Shown: one piece after another, positions 47,836 through 56,969 of the stretch | Numbering within the stretch: position 1 is the first letter of the stretch | Layout of the letters: each line of letters opens with the position of its first letter | NCBI GenBank assembly: GCA_002753565.1 | Contig: PEAM01000003.1 | Location: forward strand, 9,828 to 73,827 | Length of the DNA stretch: 64,000 bases | From: Magnetococcales bacterium | Lineage (GTDB): Bacteria; Pseudomonadota; Magnetococcia; Magnetococcales; JADFYX01 | Direction of reading: 5' to 3' | Made by a program: the position numbers and the translations under genes | Notes under the pieces: generated by a model | Databases searched by the model: none | What the model was told of the DNA's origin: nothing | What the model saw: only the letters and a program-made list of their open reading frames with translations

Positions 47836-47889
47836 AATCCGTTTCACCGCAACCTGGCACATTCGCCAGGGGTGAAACGGATTTTTTTA
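47836..47889 (+). terminator. Rho-independent terminator
   Basis: The 13-bp arm aatccgtttcacc (47836-47848) pairs with ggtgaaacggatt (47871-47883). There is an inner helix cctggc/gccagg, followed by TTTTTTT. Confidence 0.8.
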
Positions 47890-47922
47890 TGCCTGTCGGC
47901 AAGACCGTTGGTATCGTATTAC

Positions 47923-48131
47923 AGAGATTTCAAACCAAATTGGGACAATGGTTAAAGGCAAAGTCAACCTTGGGAGGCCTCGCAGGCCCCCAAACCCCCA
48001 CGCTTTTAAAATTAAAAAAAAGCAAAGTCAAATACTTATGGCCTTGGGCGCTGCCCAAACCCGATGGAAAGGCATCCATGCCTTCCCAGCCCCATTCGTA
48101 ACTGTTGTCTACCAAAATTGGTTCGGACTCT
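47923..48131 (+). repeat. MITE/REP-like element, full copy with imperfect terminal inverted repeats
   Basis: Left end agagatttcaaaccaaatt and right end aaattggttcggactct. The core is gggcgctgcccaaacccgatggaaaggcatccatgccttcccag. Confidence 0.8.
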
Positions 48132-48153
48132 TCATATCTCCGGTTAACTGACG

Positions 48154-49173
48154 TTATGGATTGGTCTGCAGCAGAGGCTGCAACCGTTTGATGTTCGTTC
48201 GAATCAGTGCCATCTCCTCCTCAGGAAGAGCAGAATAGCTGTTTTTCGACGGCTCTTTACCCATTTGAGCAGAAAAATGGTTGAGGCGATTGATGATGGC
48301 TCTCTTCTGCTCATCGGAATAACCGGAATTTTTCTCAATCTGCTCAATATTTCGTGCCACCCACCCCTTCCTCTGCTCTTGCATCCGGACCATCATCTCC
48401 TCTTGAGTCGGCATTTTAACCGGCTCGACAGCCGCTTGAGGCTTGACTGGTTGGTTGGCAAGATCCAGCCCCTCCATAATCCTCTTTTTCTGTTCTGCTG
48501 GAATATGGGGATTATCTTGAATCGATTGACGATAGCGGGCCTCCCAAGCCTTCTGCCTCTCACGAGCCTCTGCTCTGGCCTGCTCAAAATCAAACGGTGT
48601 CACCTCAACTTGATTGGCCTGAGCGCTGCTTTTTTCGAGAAAATCCAGGATGTTTTTTTTCTGAAGTGGGTGCATGAAGCGGTTCTCCCGCACCTGTTTT
48701 TTCTGAGCTTCCAGCTGATCCTTAATCCACGCCTCTGCCCGTTGCGCCTGTTCCTGACGCTCTTTTTCAAACGCCTGGTGCTGGGCGCTCAATTTAGCCG
48801 CCATTTCAGCCATTTGACGATCGATCGCCGCTTCAGACTCCTCTTGCCGTTGACGCTGCTCCTCAGCCATCACCCCCTGACGAACATGGTTGAGCAGATA
48901 GAAAAAACGGTCCGACTCCCACCCCTTCTCCTTCAACCCTTTCGCAAACGCCGGGTTATATTGCATCCCTGCCATAACCCAATGGTTTTTCAGGTTTCCC
49001 GTTACCTGACCCTTGGGAGCGCTCCACTGGGTAAGCCCAGGGTAGTCTGCAATAAATTTTTCCAGTTCCGCACCATCAAATGGCTTGACAGCAGACGCTT
49101 CAGCTGTACTCATCGGTCCAGAAAAAATCAGGGAAAGAGCAAAAAAACCGCCGGCAATAAATAATTTTTTCAT
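48154..49173 (-). CDS. Secreted Glu/Gln/Lys-rich coiled-coil protein (339 aa), unknown function
   Basis: Signal peptide MKKLFIAGGFFALSLIFSGPMSTAEA followed by charged helical low-complexity sequence. Confidence 0.6.
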   Translation of the reverse strand: MKKLFIAGGFFALSLIFSGPMSTAEASAVKPFDGAELEKFIADYPGLTQWSAPKGQVTGNLKNHWVMAGMQYNPAFAKGLKEKGWESDRFFYLLNHVRQGVMAEEQRQRQEESEAAIDRQMAEMAAKLSAQHQAFEKERQEQAQRAEAWIKDQLEAQKKQVRENRFMHPLQKKNILDFLEKSSAQANQVEVTPFDFEQARAEARERQKAWEARYRQSIQDNPHIPAEQKKRIMEGLDLANQPVKPQAAVEPVKMPTQEEMMVRMQEQRKGWVARNIEQIEKNSGYSDEQKRAIINRLNHFSAQMGKEPSKNSYSALPEEEMALIRTNIKRLQPLLQTNP

Positions 49174-49349
49174 TGTAAAACCCTACCTTGCTATTAAAGA
49201 GTGAAAAACAGGCCAACAGCACCCCTCCCAAAACAATCACCAAGGAGATACGCTCAGCAAGCCTCTCTATATTATCTAATGCTAATAATCAAAACTATGG
49301 CACACTCTGGAGGGTAAGGACAGCGCAAAAGAGGGGAAAGTTCCTTTTT

Positions 49350-49949
49350 TCAGGATTTATGCGACGCCCGACTGTCAGCAAAGAGTGCCTGTTCGATGTG
49401 GGCGCAAAGCAGGTGACCAACCAGGATATGTCCCTCTTGAATACGAGGGGTAACGCGGGAAGGAATCTTGATGCAAAGATCACACAATGCTGCCATCTCT
49501 CCGCCCGATTCGCCCGTCAACCCCACCACTCGGATCGCCCCTTTTTGGGCCGCCCGAATCCCCTGGATAATATTGGGGGAGTTGCCGGAGGTGCTGATGG
49601 CCAGGAAAAGATCGCCGGGCCGACCATTCCCCTCAATCTGGCGAGAAAAAAGCTGCTCATAGCCATAATCATTACCAATAGCGGTCAGGATGGAGCTATC
49701 GGTCGTCAAGGCTATGGCAGGGAGGGAGGGACGATCGAAGAAAAAGCGGCTGACCAGCTCTCCGGCAATATGCTGGGCATCGGCCGCCGACCCGCCATTC
49801 CCGGCAATCAGGAGTTTGCCGCCGGATTGATAACAGGAGAGGGCCAGATCACAAGCCTGTTGAATGGTATCCAGACTGCTCTCATCCGCCAACAGGGCCT
49901 GCTTGAGATCACGGCTCTCGACTATTTGCGACAATAAAAAGGGGTCCAT
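49350..49949 (-). CDS. gmhA: D-sedoheptulose-7-phosphate isomerase (SIS domain)
   Basis: LLIAGNGGSAADAQHIAGELVSRF, ALTTDSSILTAIGNDYGYEQLFSRQ and ISTSGNSPNI. Confidence 0.85.
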   Translation of the reverse strand: MDPFLLSQIVESRDLKQALLADESSLDTIQQACDLALSCYQSGGKLLIAGNGGSAADAQHIAGELVSRFFFDRPSLPAIALTTDSSILTAIGNDYGYEQLFSRQIEGNGRPGDLFLAISTSGNSPNIIQGIRAAQKGAIRVVGLTGESGGEMAALCDLCIKIPSRVTPRIQEGHILVGHLLCAHIEQALFADSRASHKS

Positions 49950-50545
49950 AGCAGATACTCCGTCTCCTACTCACTTGACAGAGGCCAGAGACCATCAGCA
50001 GCCTCTTGCCTCCTGTTGCCAAAACTCCAAAAGAGAATACCCCACTCCATCCCCTGCCGCAATAAGGGCTCCCATCAAAATCATTGGAGAGAAAAAAAGG
50101 GGCGCCATCTCTTCTAAGAGAAGGCCCTTCCACCCTCCTGCAGACAGGGTATGATCAGCCGATTGATTTCCATTACTTTTTCAGTAACTTTCATTATTTT
50201 TCCACCAAAAAAGTCCCTTTTTTCCCAGATAATCCAACCCTGTTTTCTTCTTATAACTCAGTGAAATATCACATTTTTTTAACTTTCGCTAAAACATTTT
50301 TTCCTTTATTTACAATAAGTTGAAAAAAAACTTTTTCTTTCTTGTCTTCCGGCTTCGTTCCATGCAATATGTAGCCACTTCAGCACGGGGGAAGATTAAC
50401 GAAAGATCGATATTTTTTAATGAATGTCAGATCAGACCATCTTAACGAAATCCAGTTTTTTCTGGATTGCTCTGCTGAATCTGTGTAAAATCCGACTGGA
50501 AAAATGTAAAACCTGAACCACTGTAAATCTGGAGGGGGAAGCACC

Positions 50546-50740
50546 ATGACATACAACGAAGCGGTAGTTGAAGCACGGGAAAAGGCATCGGAAACATCCA
50601 AAAGCTGGTATATCTTCATCGACGGTAAAGAGAACTATCATATCGGCGACAGCACCCGCCAGATCCCCAGCACAGCCATCAACAATGGTAACCACAACCT
50701 GCGCGTTACGGCTGTTGTTAACCCTGTTTGGCAAGAGTAG
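50546..50740 (+). CDS. Small hypothetical protein (64 aa)
   Basis: GGAGGGGG lies 7 nt upstream of the ATG, and a strong terminator lies at 50801-50845. No family recognised. Confidence 0.45.
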   Translation: MTYNEAVVEAREKASETSKSWYIFIDGKENYHIGDSTRQIPSTAINNGNHNLRVTAVVNPVWQE

Positions 50741-50800
50741 CTCTCCCGGCCTTCTGGCCCCTGCACCATCGCCAGCCTGAACCAAATCCAATAATAAAAA

Positions 50801-50845
50801 AATGAGGGCATAAAACTGTGTGTTGTTTATGCCCTCATTTTTTTG
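50801..50845 (+). terminator. Rho-independent (bidirectional-looking) terminator
   Basis: aatgagggcataaa (50801-50814) pairs with tttatgccctcatt (50826-50839). An A-run precedes it and a T-run follows. Confidence 0.8.
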
Positions 50846-50874
50846 TGTGGTTATCCTGGAGATGGCTGTTGGTA

Positions 50875-51086
50875 TAGACAGTCAACACCCAATTGGGACA
50901 AACGTCAAAGTCAACACCTTGGGAGGCCTTGCAGGCCCCAACCCCCCCACGCTTTTAAAGATAAAAAAAATAAAGGCAAAGTCAAAGGATCAGGACCTTG
51001 GGCGCTGCCCAAACCCGCTGGGAAGGCATCCATGCCTTCCCAGACCCATCCGCTATCGTTTTGTACACATTTGGTTTGAAATCTCT
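50875..51086 (+). repeat. MITE/REP-like element, full-length copy
   Basis: The right end catttggtttgaaatctct (51068-51086) is the reverse complement of the copy-1 left end. The core palindrome is ctgggaaggcat cc atgccttcccag. Confidence 0.8.
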
Positions 51087-51094
51087 AAAAATTT

Positions 51095-51265
51095 AGACAA
51101 TGGTTAAAGGCAAAGTCAACACCTTGGGAGGCCTTGCAGGCCCCCAAACCCCCACGCTTTTAAAGATAAAAAATAAAGGCAAAGTCAAAGGATCAGGACC
51201 TTGGGCGCTGCCCAAACCCGCTGGGAAGGCATCCATGCCTTCCCAGACCCATCCGCAATGGGTTT
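51095..51265 (+). repeat. MITE/REP-like element, end-truncated copy directly in tandem with the previous one
   Basis: Nearly identical to 50915-51055 of copy 2. It abuts the FemAB-family gene stop at 51269. Confidence 0.8.
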
Positions 51266-51268
51266 GAT

Positions 51269-52327
51269 TCACCCCAGATCTTTGGCAAGCCATGGTCCAA
51301 GCCAACGAGAGACCGGGAGCGGTAACCGTTTCCAGGCTTGGATAAACAGACGATACTTGGGGTTGTCTGGGCTGATATTGGGCAGACCATCCTCTTTGAC
51401 CAGATGGTATTGATAAGGGAGAGGCTTCGGCTCAAAGCCATAAAATTTTTTAAAATCGAAGGAACCACTCCCCTTTTTGCTGCGACCAAAATCAAACCGG
51501 GCAACACCCCGCTCCTGACTGGCGTGACGCATCAGATCCCAATACATGAAAGGGGTTCCACCCATCCGACGGGCATGAGGGGTTCCACCACCATAATAGG
51601 GCAGAACCTCATCCCTGAAATAAAAGCTAACCACCGCCGACACCACCTCTCCCCCATCACGCACAACCACCCCCTCACAATCCTCGCCAAACACCTCTTT
51701 TAGCAGACGAAAATAGTTTCGGGAGAAGACCGGTGTCCCCAGGTTTCGAACACTCTGAGCATAAAGATCGTAACAGACCCCGGCCACATCCTGATCCACC
51801 TCGGTCATCAACCCCTTTTTAATGCCTTTGCGCACTTCAGCCCTCTGTTTGCGAGGAATGGCCGTCAAATTCTCCTGAGGATCGGTAGAGATAGGCTTGC
51901 TGAAGGTGTAATAAAGATCTTTAGTCAGCCACTGGGGGGTCGGGGTGGTGTGATTACGGCACTCTAGATAGGCTACCCCCATCTCTTCGGCCAACGCCGA
52001 TGCAGCCTGCTCCAAAGCCTGTCGTGCCGATGCCTCCCTGCTGGCTACCCCACCATAAACACAGAAGGGGGTAGAGATCAGCGCATCACCAAACAGCAGG
52101 CTTTTTTGTCGCACCAAGGGCAACACCCCCACAATCTCACCCTGGCGCTCTGCCAGCAAATAGTGACCACGATGACCAAAACTGCGCTGGATCACCTCAC
52201 GCCATCCCACCCGATGGAAAAAGGTGGCCTCCGGGCAGTTGACCACAAAACGGTCCCAAGCAGCCTCCTCCTGCCGTTCAGAGCCAAGAGGACGGACGAC
52301 AGTCTGATCCAAAGCGTGAGAACTCAT
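51269..52327 (-). CDS. FemAB-family protein of the PEP-CTERM/exosortase-associated EPS locus type
   Basis: About 350 aa from the ATG at 52327, which forms an ATGA overlap with the upstream stop. It has GNAT/FemAB-like architecture, and its context matches the exosortase-locus FemAB family as I recall it. Confidence 0.65.
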   Translation of the reverse strand: MSSHALDQTVVRPLGSERQEEAAWDRFVVNCPEATFFHRVGWREVIQRSFGHRGHYLLAERQGEIVGVLPLVRQKSLLFGDALISTPFCVYGGVASREASARQALEQAASALAEEMGVAYLECRNHTTPTPQWLTKDLYYTFSKPISTDPQENLTAIPRKQRAEVRKGIKKGLMTEVDQDVAGVCYDLYAQSVRNLGTPVFSRNYFRLLKEVFGEDCEGVVVRDGGEVVSAVVSFYFRDEVLPYYGGGTPHARRMGGTPFMYWDLMRHASQERGVARFDFGRSKKGSGSFDFKKFYGFEPKPLPYQYHLVKEDGLPNISPDNPKYRLFIQAWKRLPLPVSRWLGPWLAKDLG

Positions 52328-53214
52328 TGCCCCTGCTCCTTCCCGATACGATCTTGAAAAACCCGATCCATCCGATCCCACGCGAAGGTCGACAGCATGC
52401 CCCGTAACCGGGTCTCCGTCTGTTCTAAATGGAGATAGTGGCGAAATCGACTCTTCCAAGGCAGGTTGGCAATCCGAGGCTGACCGGGATCAAACTCCCA
52501 AGGGTGACAGTAAAAAACCCCGGGCTGACCCTCTCTGTGATTGATCCGCTCCCAGGCCCAGCGGGAAAAGGCCAGGGGGAAAAGGCGAAAATATCCCCCT
52601 CCCCCACAGGGAATACGTCGATTCAACAGAGAGAGGGTGGTAATGGGAATCTCTAGAATACCCCGCCCTTTATCGTGCTGGCGGGGAAAATAGGCAAAGC
52701 GAGGTGCCGCAGGCATACCGTAGAGGTCATGGTGAATAGGATAGATGCTGGAACTGTATCGATAGCCGACCTCATGGAGAATATCCCAAGCCCAGCGGGT
52801 CTCTGGAACAATGGAATAGGTGGAGGCCCGATAACCACTAACCGCCACTCCAGTGGTATCTTCCAGCCGTTTTTTACTGGCCGAACAATCTTCCCGAAAC
52901 TGTTGGGGACTCTGCCGGAAAATCCGTACATGGTTCATGCCATGGCTTGCTACCTCATGGCCCCCCTCAACCAGACGACGAACCAGAGCCGGGTAGCGTT
53001 GAGCCACCCAACCCAAGACAAAAAAGGTCCCTTTCACCCCGCTCTCCTCAAACAGAGCCAAAAGCCGGTCGGTATTGGCCTCCACCCGGCATGGCCAGGA
53101 GGACCACTGTTCAAAAGGGATCTGCTCTTCAAAAGCGGCAACCTGGAAATAGTCTTCCACATCCACCGTCATGGCGTTGATTATGGGCGGGAAAGGCTTA
53201 TCTCTGGCAGGCAT
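52324..53214 (-). CDS. Polysaccharide deacetylase (NodB homology; exosortase-locus type)
   Basis: INAMTVDVEDYFQV, TFFVLGWVAQRYP and HEVASHGMNH. I prefer the start at 53214 (MPARDKP). Confidence 0.8.
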   Translation of the reverse strand: MPARDKPFPPIINAMTVDVEDYFQVAAFEEQIPFEQWSSWPCRVEANTDRLLALFEESGVKGTFFVLGWVAQRYPALVRRLVEGGHEVASHGMNHVRIFRQSPQQFREDCSASKKRLEDTTGVAVSGYRASTYSIVPETRWAWDILHEVGYRYSSSIYPIHHDLYGMPAAPRFAYFPRQHDKGRGILEIPITTLSLLNRRIPCGGGGYFRLFPLAFSRWAWERINHREGQPGVFYCHPWEFDPGQPRIANLPWKSRFRHYLHLEQTETRLRGMLSTFAWDRMDRVFQDRIGKEQGQ

Positions 53215-54334
53215 GACCCAAACGCTCTTGCAATATCCGAGCAATCCGAGGTGCCGCCTGACCATCCCAACCTTCCGGTATTCGCCCGGACTTGCCACCA
53301 CTCGCCAACACCTCTGCCACACAGTTACGCATTTTAACCCGGTCTATTCCAACCAGGGTATTGGTACCATGGGTAAGGGTAATGGGCCGTTCGGTATTCT
53401 CACGCAGAGTAATACAGGGAATACCTAACGCGGTGGTCTCCTCTTGGATTCCGCCGGAGTCGGTCAGAACCAAGGTAGCCCGTTTCATCAACCCCAACAT
53501 TTCAAGATAACCGATCGGCGGCAAACAGAGAATGTTGGAGGCGGCCAACATCGGGGCAAGACCGGCCTTGTCAATCTGTCCTCGGGTGCGTGGGTGAACC
53601 GGAAAGAGCAGGGGAATTTGGCGGCTTATATCGGAGAGTTCTTGCAAAAGAGAGTGCAAAACATCAGGAAAATCGACATTGGAAGGCCGATGCAAGGTCA
53701 ACAGACCATAGCCGCCACCCTGCCCTATCAAAGGGGAGGAAGGGGCCAACGTCGCAAGGATCTCCTGGGGTTCCGGGGAGAGGGGGAGCAGACGATGCAG
53801 GGTGTCGATCATCACATTACCGACAAAATGGACCTTCTCAGCCCCAATCCCCTCTTTGAGGAGATTATCCAGCGCGGCCCGCTCGGTGGTAAAAAGAAAG
53901 TCGGAAAGTTGATCGGTCAGGATGCGGTTGATCTCCTCCGGCATGCTTCGATCACCACTGCGCAGACCAGCCTCGACATGGATGATGGGAACCCCTTTCT
54001 TGACCGCCACCAACGCACAGGCAATGGTGGAGTTGACATCCCCAACCACCAAGACCGCAGCGGGCTTTTCCTGATCGACCACCGGCTCGAAGCGACGCAT
54101 GATCTCTGCCGTCTGAACCGCATGGCTACCCGAGCCGACACCAAGGTCCTGATCGGGTTCGGGAATATCCAACTGCCGAAAGAAGGCATCCTTCATGGCC
54201 GAATCATAGTGCTGACCGGTATGGATCAGGCGGGTATCGAGAGGGGCATCGCCCCCTTTCAAGGCAGGAAGAACCGCCGCCATTTTCATAAAGTTGGGTC
54301 GCGCCCCAACAACACAGAGGATAGGTGAAGACAC
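53198..54334 (-). CDS. wecB: UDP-N-acetylglucosamine 2-epimerase (non-hydrolysing)
   Basis: VVGARPNFMKMAAV, GDVNSTIACAL, IHVEAGLRS and TDSGGIQEE. Confidence 0.9.
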   Translation of the reverse strand: MSSPILCVVGARPNFMKMAAVLPALKGGDAPLDTRLIHTGQHYDSAMKDAFFRQLDIPEPDQDLGVGSGSHAVQTAEIMRRFEPVVDQEKPAAVLVVGDVNSTIACALVAVKKGVPIIHVEAGLRSGDRSMPEEINRILTDQLSDFLFTTERAALDNLLKEGIGAEKVHFVGNVMIDTLHRLLPLSPEPQEILATLAPSSPLIGQGGGYGLLTLHRPSNVDFPDVLHSLLQELSDISRQIPLLFPVHPRTRGQIDKAGLAPMLAASNILCLPPIGYLEMLGLMKRATLVLTDSGGIQEETTALGIPCITLRENTERPITLTHGTNTLVGIDRVKMRNCVAEVLASGGKSGRIPEGWDGQAAPRIARILQERLGHACQR

Positions 54335-54367
54335 GTTGTTACCCAGTCAATAAGGAGAGAATACCTG

Positions 54368-55213
54368 CTACAACCCCAGCAGCCTGCTGATCAAACTTTT
54401 ACTGCTTTTTTTTGGCTCGTTGTCCCCATAGCCGCCATAGCCGCCATAACCACCATAACCACCATAGCCACCGTAACCGCCATAGCCATAATAGTAGTAG
54501 CCACCCCGACCCCGTCGACGGGTCTTGTTAAGGACCAGCCCGACAATATCCAGATCTTCCAACTGCTCCAACGCATCCTTTACGGCATTTTGCGGCGTCT
54601 GTTCTGCTTCGATCACCAGGACGATCTGGCCCATGTTTCTGGCCAACTCTCGGGATTCGGTGGTGAGCAGCAACGGAGGGGAGTCGAACACCACAATACG
54701 ATTGGGGTCCTTCATCATCTTTTTAAGCAGAACCCTCATGCTCTCACTGGCCAGCAACTCGGTGGCATTATGGTGGCGACGACCCGAGGGCAGCACCATC
54801 ATTTTGGGAACATTGGTCTGGATGACCGCCTCGGTATAGTCGGAGACCTTACCCATCAAACAGTCGATCAGTCCCACCTTGGATTTAAAGCCAAGAATAC
54901 GGCTGACCGATGGCTTGGCCACATCGCCATCCACCAACAATACGGTCGAGTCCATCTCGGCTGCCAAACTCATCGCCAGGTTGATGGCGGTAAAGGTTTT
55001 GCCCTCTTTGGGGAAGGCGCTGGTCACCATCATCAATTTTTTAGGACGGTTGATGTCGGTATCATCCTGGCTGGCTTTGAGCAAAAGGGGGCGTTTGATT
55101 ACCCGATACTCTTCGGCAACCACACTCCGACCAGTATCAGGGGTCAAGATGCCTTTGGCCCGGAGCTTTTCAAAATCCAAGAGTATTTTTTTTCGGATCA
55201 ACGCTTCAGACAT
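54368..55213 (-). CDS. BY-kinase-type chain-length-determinant tyrosine autokinase (EpsG-like) with a (GGY)n C-terminal tail
   Basis: Walker A SAFPKEGKT, A' VLLVDGD and B IVVFDSPP. The C-terminus is GGYYYYGYGGYGGYGGYGGYGGYGGYGDNE. The ATG is at 55213. Confidence 0.8.
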   Translation of the reverse strand: MSEALIRKKILLDFEKLRAKGILTPDTGRSVVAEEYRVIKRPLLLKASQDDTDINRPKKLMMVTSAFPKEGKTFTAINLAMSLAAEMDSTVLLVDGDVAKPSVSRILGFKSKVGLIDCLMGKVSDYTEAVIQTNVPKMMVLPSGRRHHNATELLASESMRVLLKKMMKDPNRIVVFDSPPLLLTTESRELARNMGQIVLVIEAEQTPQNAVKDALEQLEDLDIVGLVLNKTRRRGRGGYYYYGYGGYGGYGGYGGYGGYGGYGDNEPKKSSKSLISRLLGL

Positions 55214-55283
55214 ATCCCTACCCTTCAAACAAGCCAAGCAATCTTAATAAGAGATCATTCCCAGATGACGGTGCCATTTTGAC

Positions 55284-56858
55284 CTAAAAGATGGGTGACA
55301 CAAAAACCAGACTGGCATAGACGGAAAACAGAAGGATCAGCCCCAAGAAAAACAGCAATCTTGAGCGAAGCCAACCCCTGCCCACCCCCTCATCAACCAT
55401 CGAGACCATACCCAACACCGGCAGGCCCAACACCCGTTTCAACGAGCCGGCGCTGTCGAAAACAGGCCGGATGACCGCCAAAAAAAGAGCCAGGGTCAAA
55501 CCGGCCAACAACGCACCGATGAGGGCGATAGTGGAAAACAGCACCCGGTTGGGACCCACCGGCTTGGATGGAACAACCGGCCTGGAAACCAGACGAAAAC
55601 GGACAAAGCGGCTCAATCGCGCTTCGATCTCCGCTGTTTCGGAGGCTTGGGTCTCTTTACCAAGCATGGAGAGCATTTTGTTTTTTTTCTGATCCAGATA
55701 GCCCTGCAGACGGAACAGCTTGTTCTCCATCGCCGGAATCACATCCTCCAACTCCTTGAGCTTTTCAATTCGGGTAGCTGTCGAAGCCAATCGTGCCCGG
55801 ACCGAAGCCAGATCCACGTCGATCTCACTGGCCTCCATTTTCAACTGGCGAAAAACCGGGTTGGTCTCCAACTCCCAGCTATCGACAGGAGAGGTGGTAC
55901 CAACCGATTGGGACTGCTTCTCGGCATCTCTCTTTTCCAACTGGGCAATGGCCTTTCTCAGGGCGATCACCTCAGCATGGTTTTCCGTATAGAGGGGGCG
56001 CCGCTCTCCCCCCATGATATAATATTGGCTGAAGAGCTTATCCAGTTTTGCCATCAACTCGATGGTACGGCTGTTGGTTGTTGCCGCCACCGGAGCGGCC
56101 GCTTTGCTGCGCAGCTCTTTGAGCTGTCTTTTGGTTTCATCCCGGCGTTTTTCCAACTCTCCCAACAGGGCAAGGTCGGTCTCTTGTTGCTGGGCAAACT
56201 TCTGCAACCGCTCGTAATAGCCCCCCTCCTCGTCAGGAAGAATGAGGATGTGTTTTTTCTTGAAGGCCCGCAACTCCTGTTCAGCCTTGCTTACCTTGGT
56301 CTCGTACTCTTCCACCTGAGCTTGCAAAAAGTTTTTGGCCGCCTCGGCCTTTCCGCCCCGATATTCGTTAACGCTATCGCTGGGAAGAAGGCTGACCAGA
56401 TAGGCCACCACCTGCTGGGTAATGCGGGGTTCTGTATGTCTATGCTTGATTTTATAGATGTTTTCTCCCGAGTGGGAGACGGTAAGTTGGGCGCGGAGAT
56501 CCTTTAAGATCTCATTTTTATCCTCTTCGTTATTAACCAAAAAGGCCAGATCTGTCTCCCCCACCACCCCCAGAAGATTGCCGCGGGAGAGCAGGCCATT
56601 CAGCACCTTCCTCGCCTCTCGGGTCACGTCGATCAGTTCGGACTCCTCGGACAGAAAATCTTTGATGTCCTCTCGAGGATCTTCAATCTTGACCGTGGCT
56701 GTCGAGACATACTGGTCATCCATCATGGCAACAGAAACCCAGCCGGTCAGGCAGATGAACCAGGCCAGAAAAAGCGCTTGCCACCGATTTCGCCACATGC
56801 CTCTGAGGTGAAGAATCACCTGGAAGTAGAGGTCTCGTATTCCAATATCCTGCTGCAT
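55284..56858 (-). CDS. Polysaccharide chain-length determinant protein (Wzz/GumC-like, PEP-CTERM locus subfamily-like)
   Basis: An N-terminal TM (ALFLAWFICLTGWVSVAMM), a long coiled-coil periplasmic region and a C-terminal TM (LFSTIALIGALLAGLTLALFLAVI). Confidence 0.75.
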   Translation of the reverse strand: MQQDIGIRDLYFQVILHLRGMWRNRWQALFLAWFICLTGWVSVAMMDDQYVSTATVKIEDPREDIKDFLSEESELIDVTREARKVLNGLLSRGNLLGVVGETDLAFLVNNEEDKNEILKDLRAQLTVSHSGENIYKIKHRHTEPRITQQVVAYLVSLLPSDSVNEYRGGKAEAAKNFLQAQVEEYETKVSKAEQELRAFKKKHILILPDEEGGYYERLQKFAQQQETDLALLGELEKRRDETKRQLKELRSKAAAPVAATTNSRTIELMAKLDKLFSQYYIMGGERRPLYTENHAEVIALRKAIAQLEKRDAEKQSQSVGTTSPVDSWELETNPVFRQLKMEASEIDVDLASVRARLASTATRIEKLKELEDVIPAMENKLFRLQGYLDQKKNKMLSMLGKETQASETAEIEARLSRFVRFRLVSRPVVPSKPVGPNRVLFSTIALIGALLAGLTLALFLAVIRPVFDSAGSLKRVLGLPVLGMVSMVDEGVGRGWLRSRLLFFLGLILLFSVYASLVFVSPIF

Positions 56859-56969
56859 GCTATAAAAAAATCACACCTTATAAAACGGTAAAAAACCAGC
56901 TCCACTCCCCTAATCATACAATAGGCCGAGGCTCCAAGTATAGAGTTCAATCCAGTTTTGCGTCACCCT

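Noticed and set aside
47853-47868. TGGCAC string resembling a sigma-54 -24 element
   Set aside because: No TTGC -12 element lies at the correct spacing, and the string sits inside the loop of a terminator hairpin.
50875-51265. Tandem repeats considered as a CRISPR array (also the 9-nt repeat at 54428-54505)
   Set aside because: There are only two long (~170-210 bp) units with no short spacers and no cas genes. The 9-nt repeat is in-frame coding sequence for GGY.
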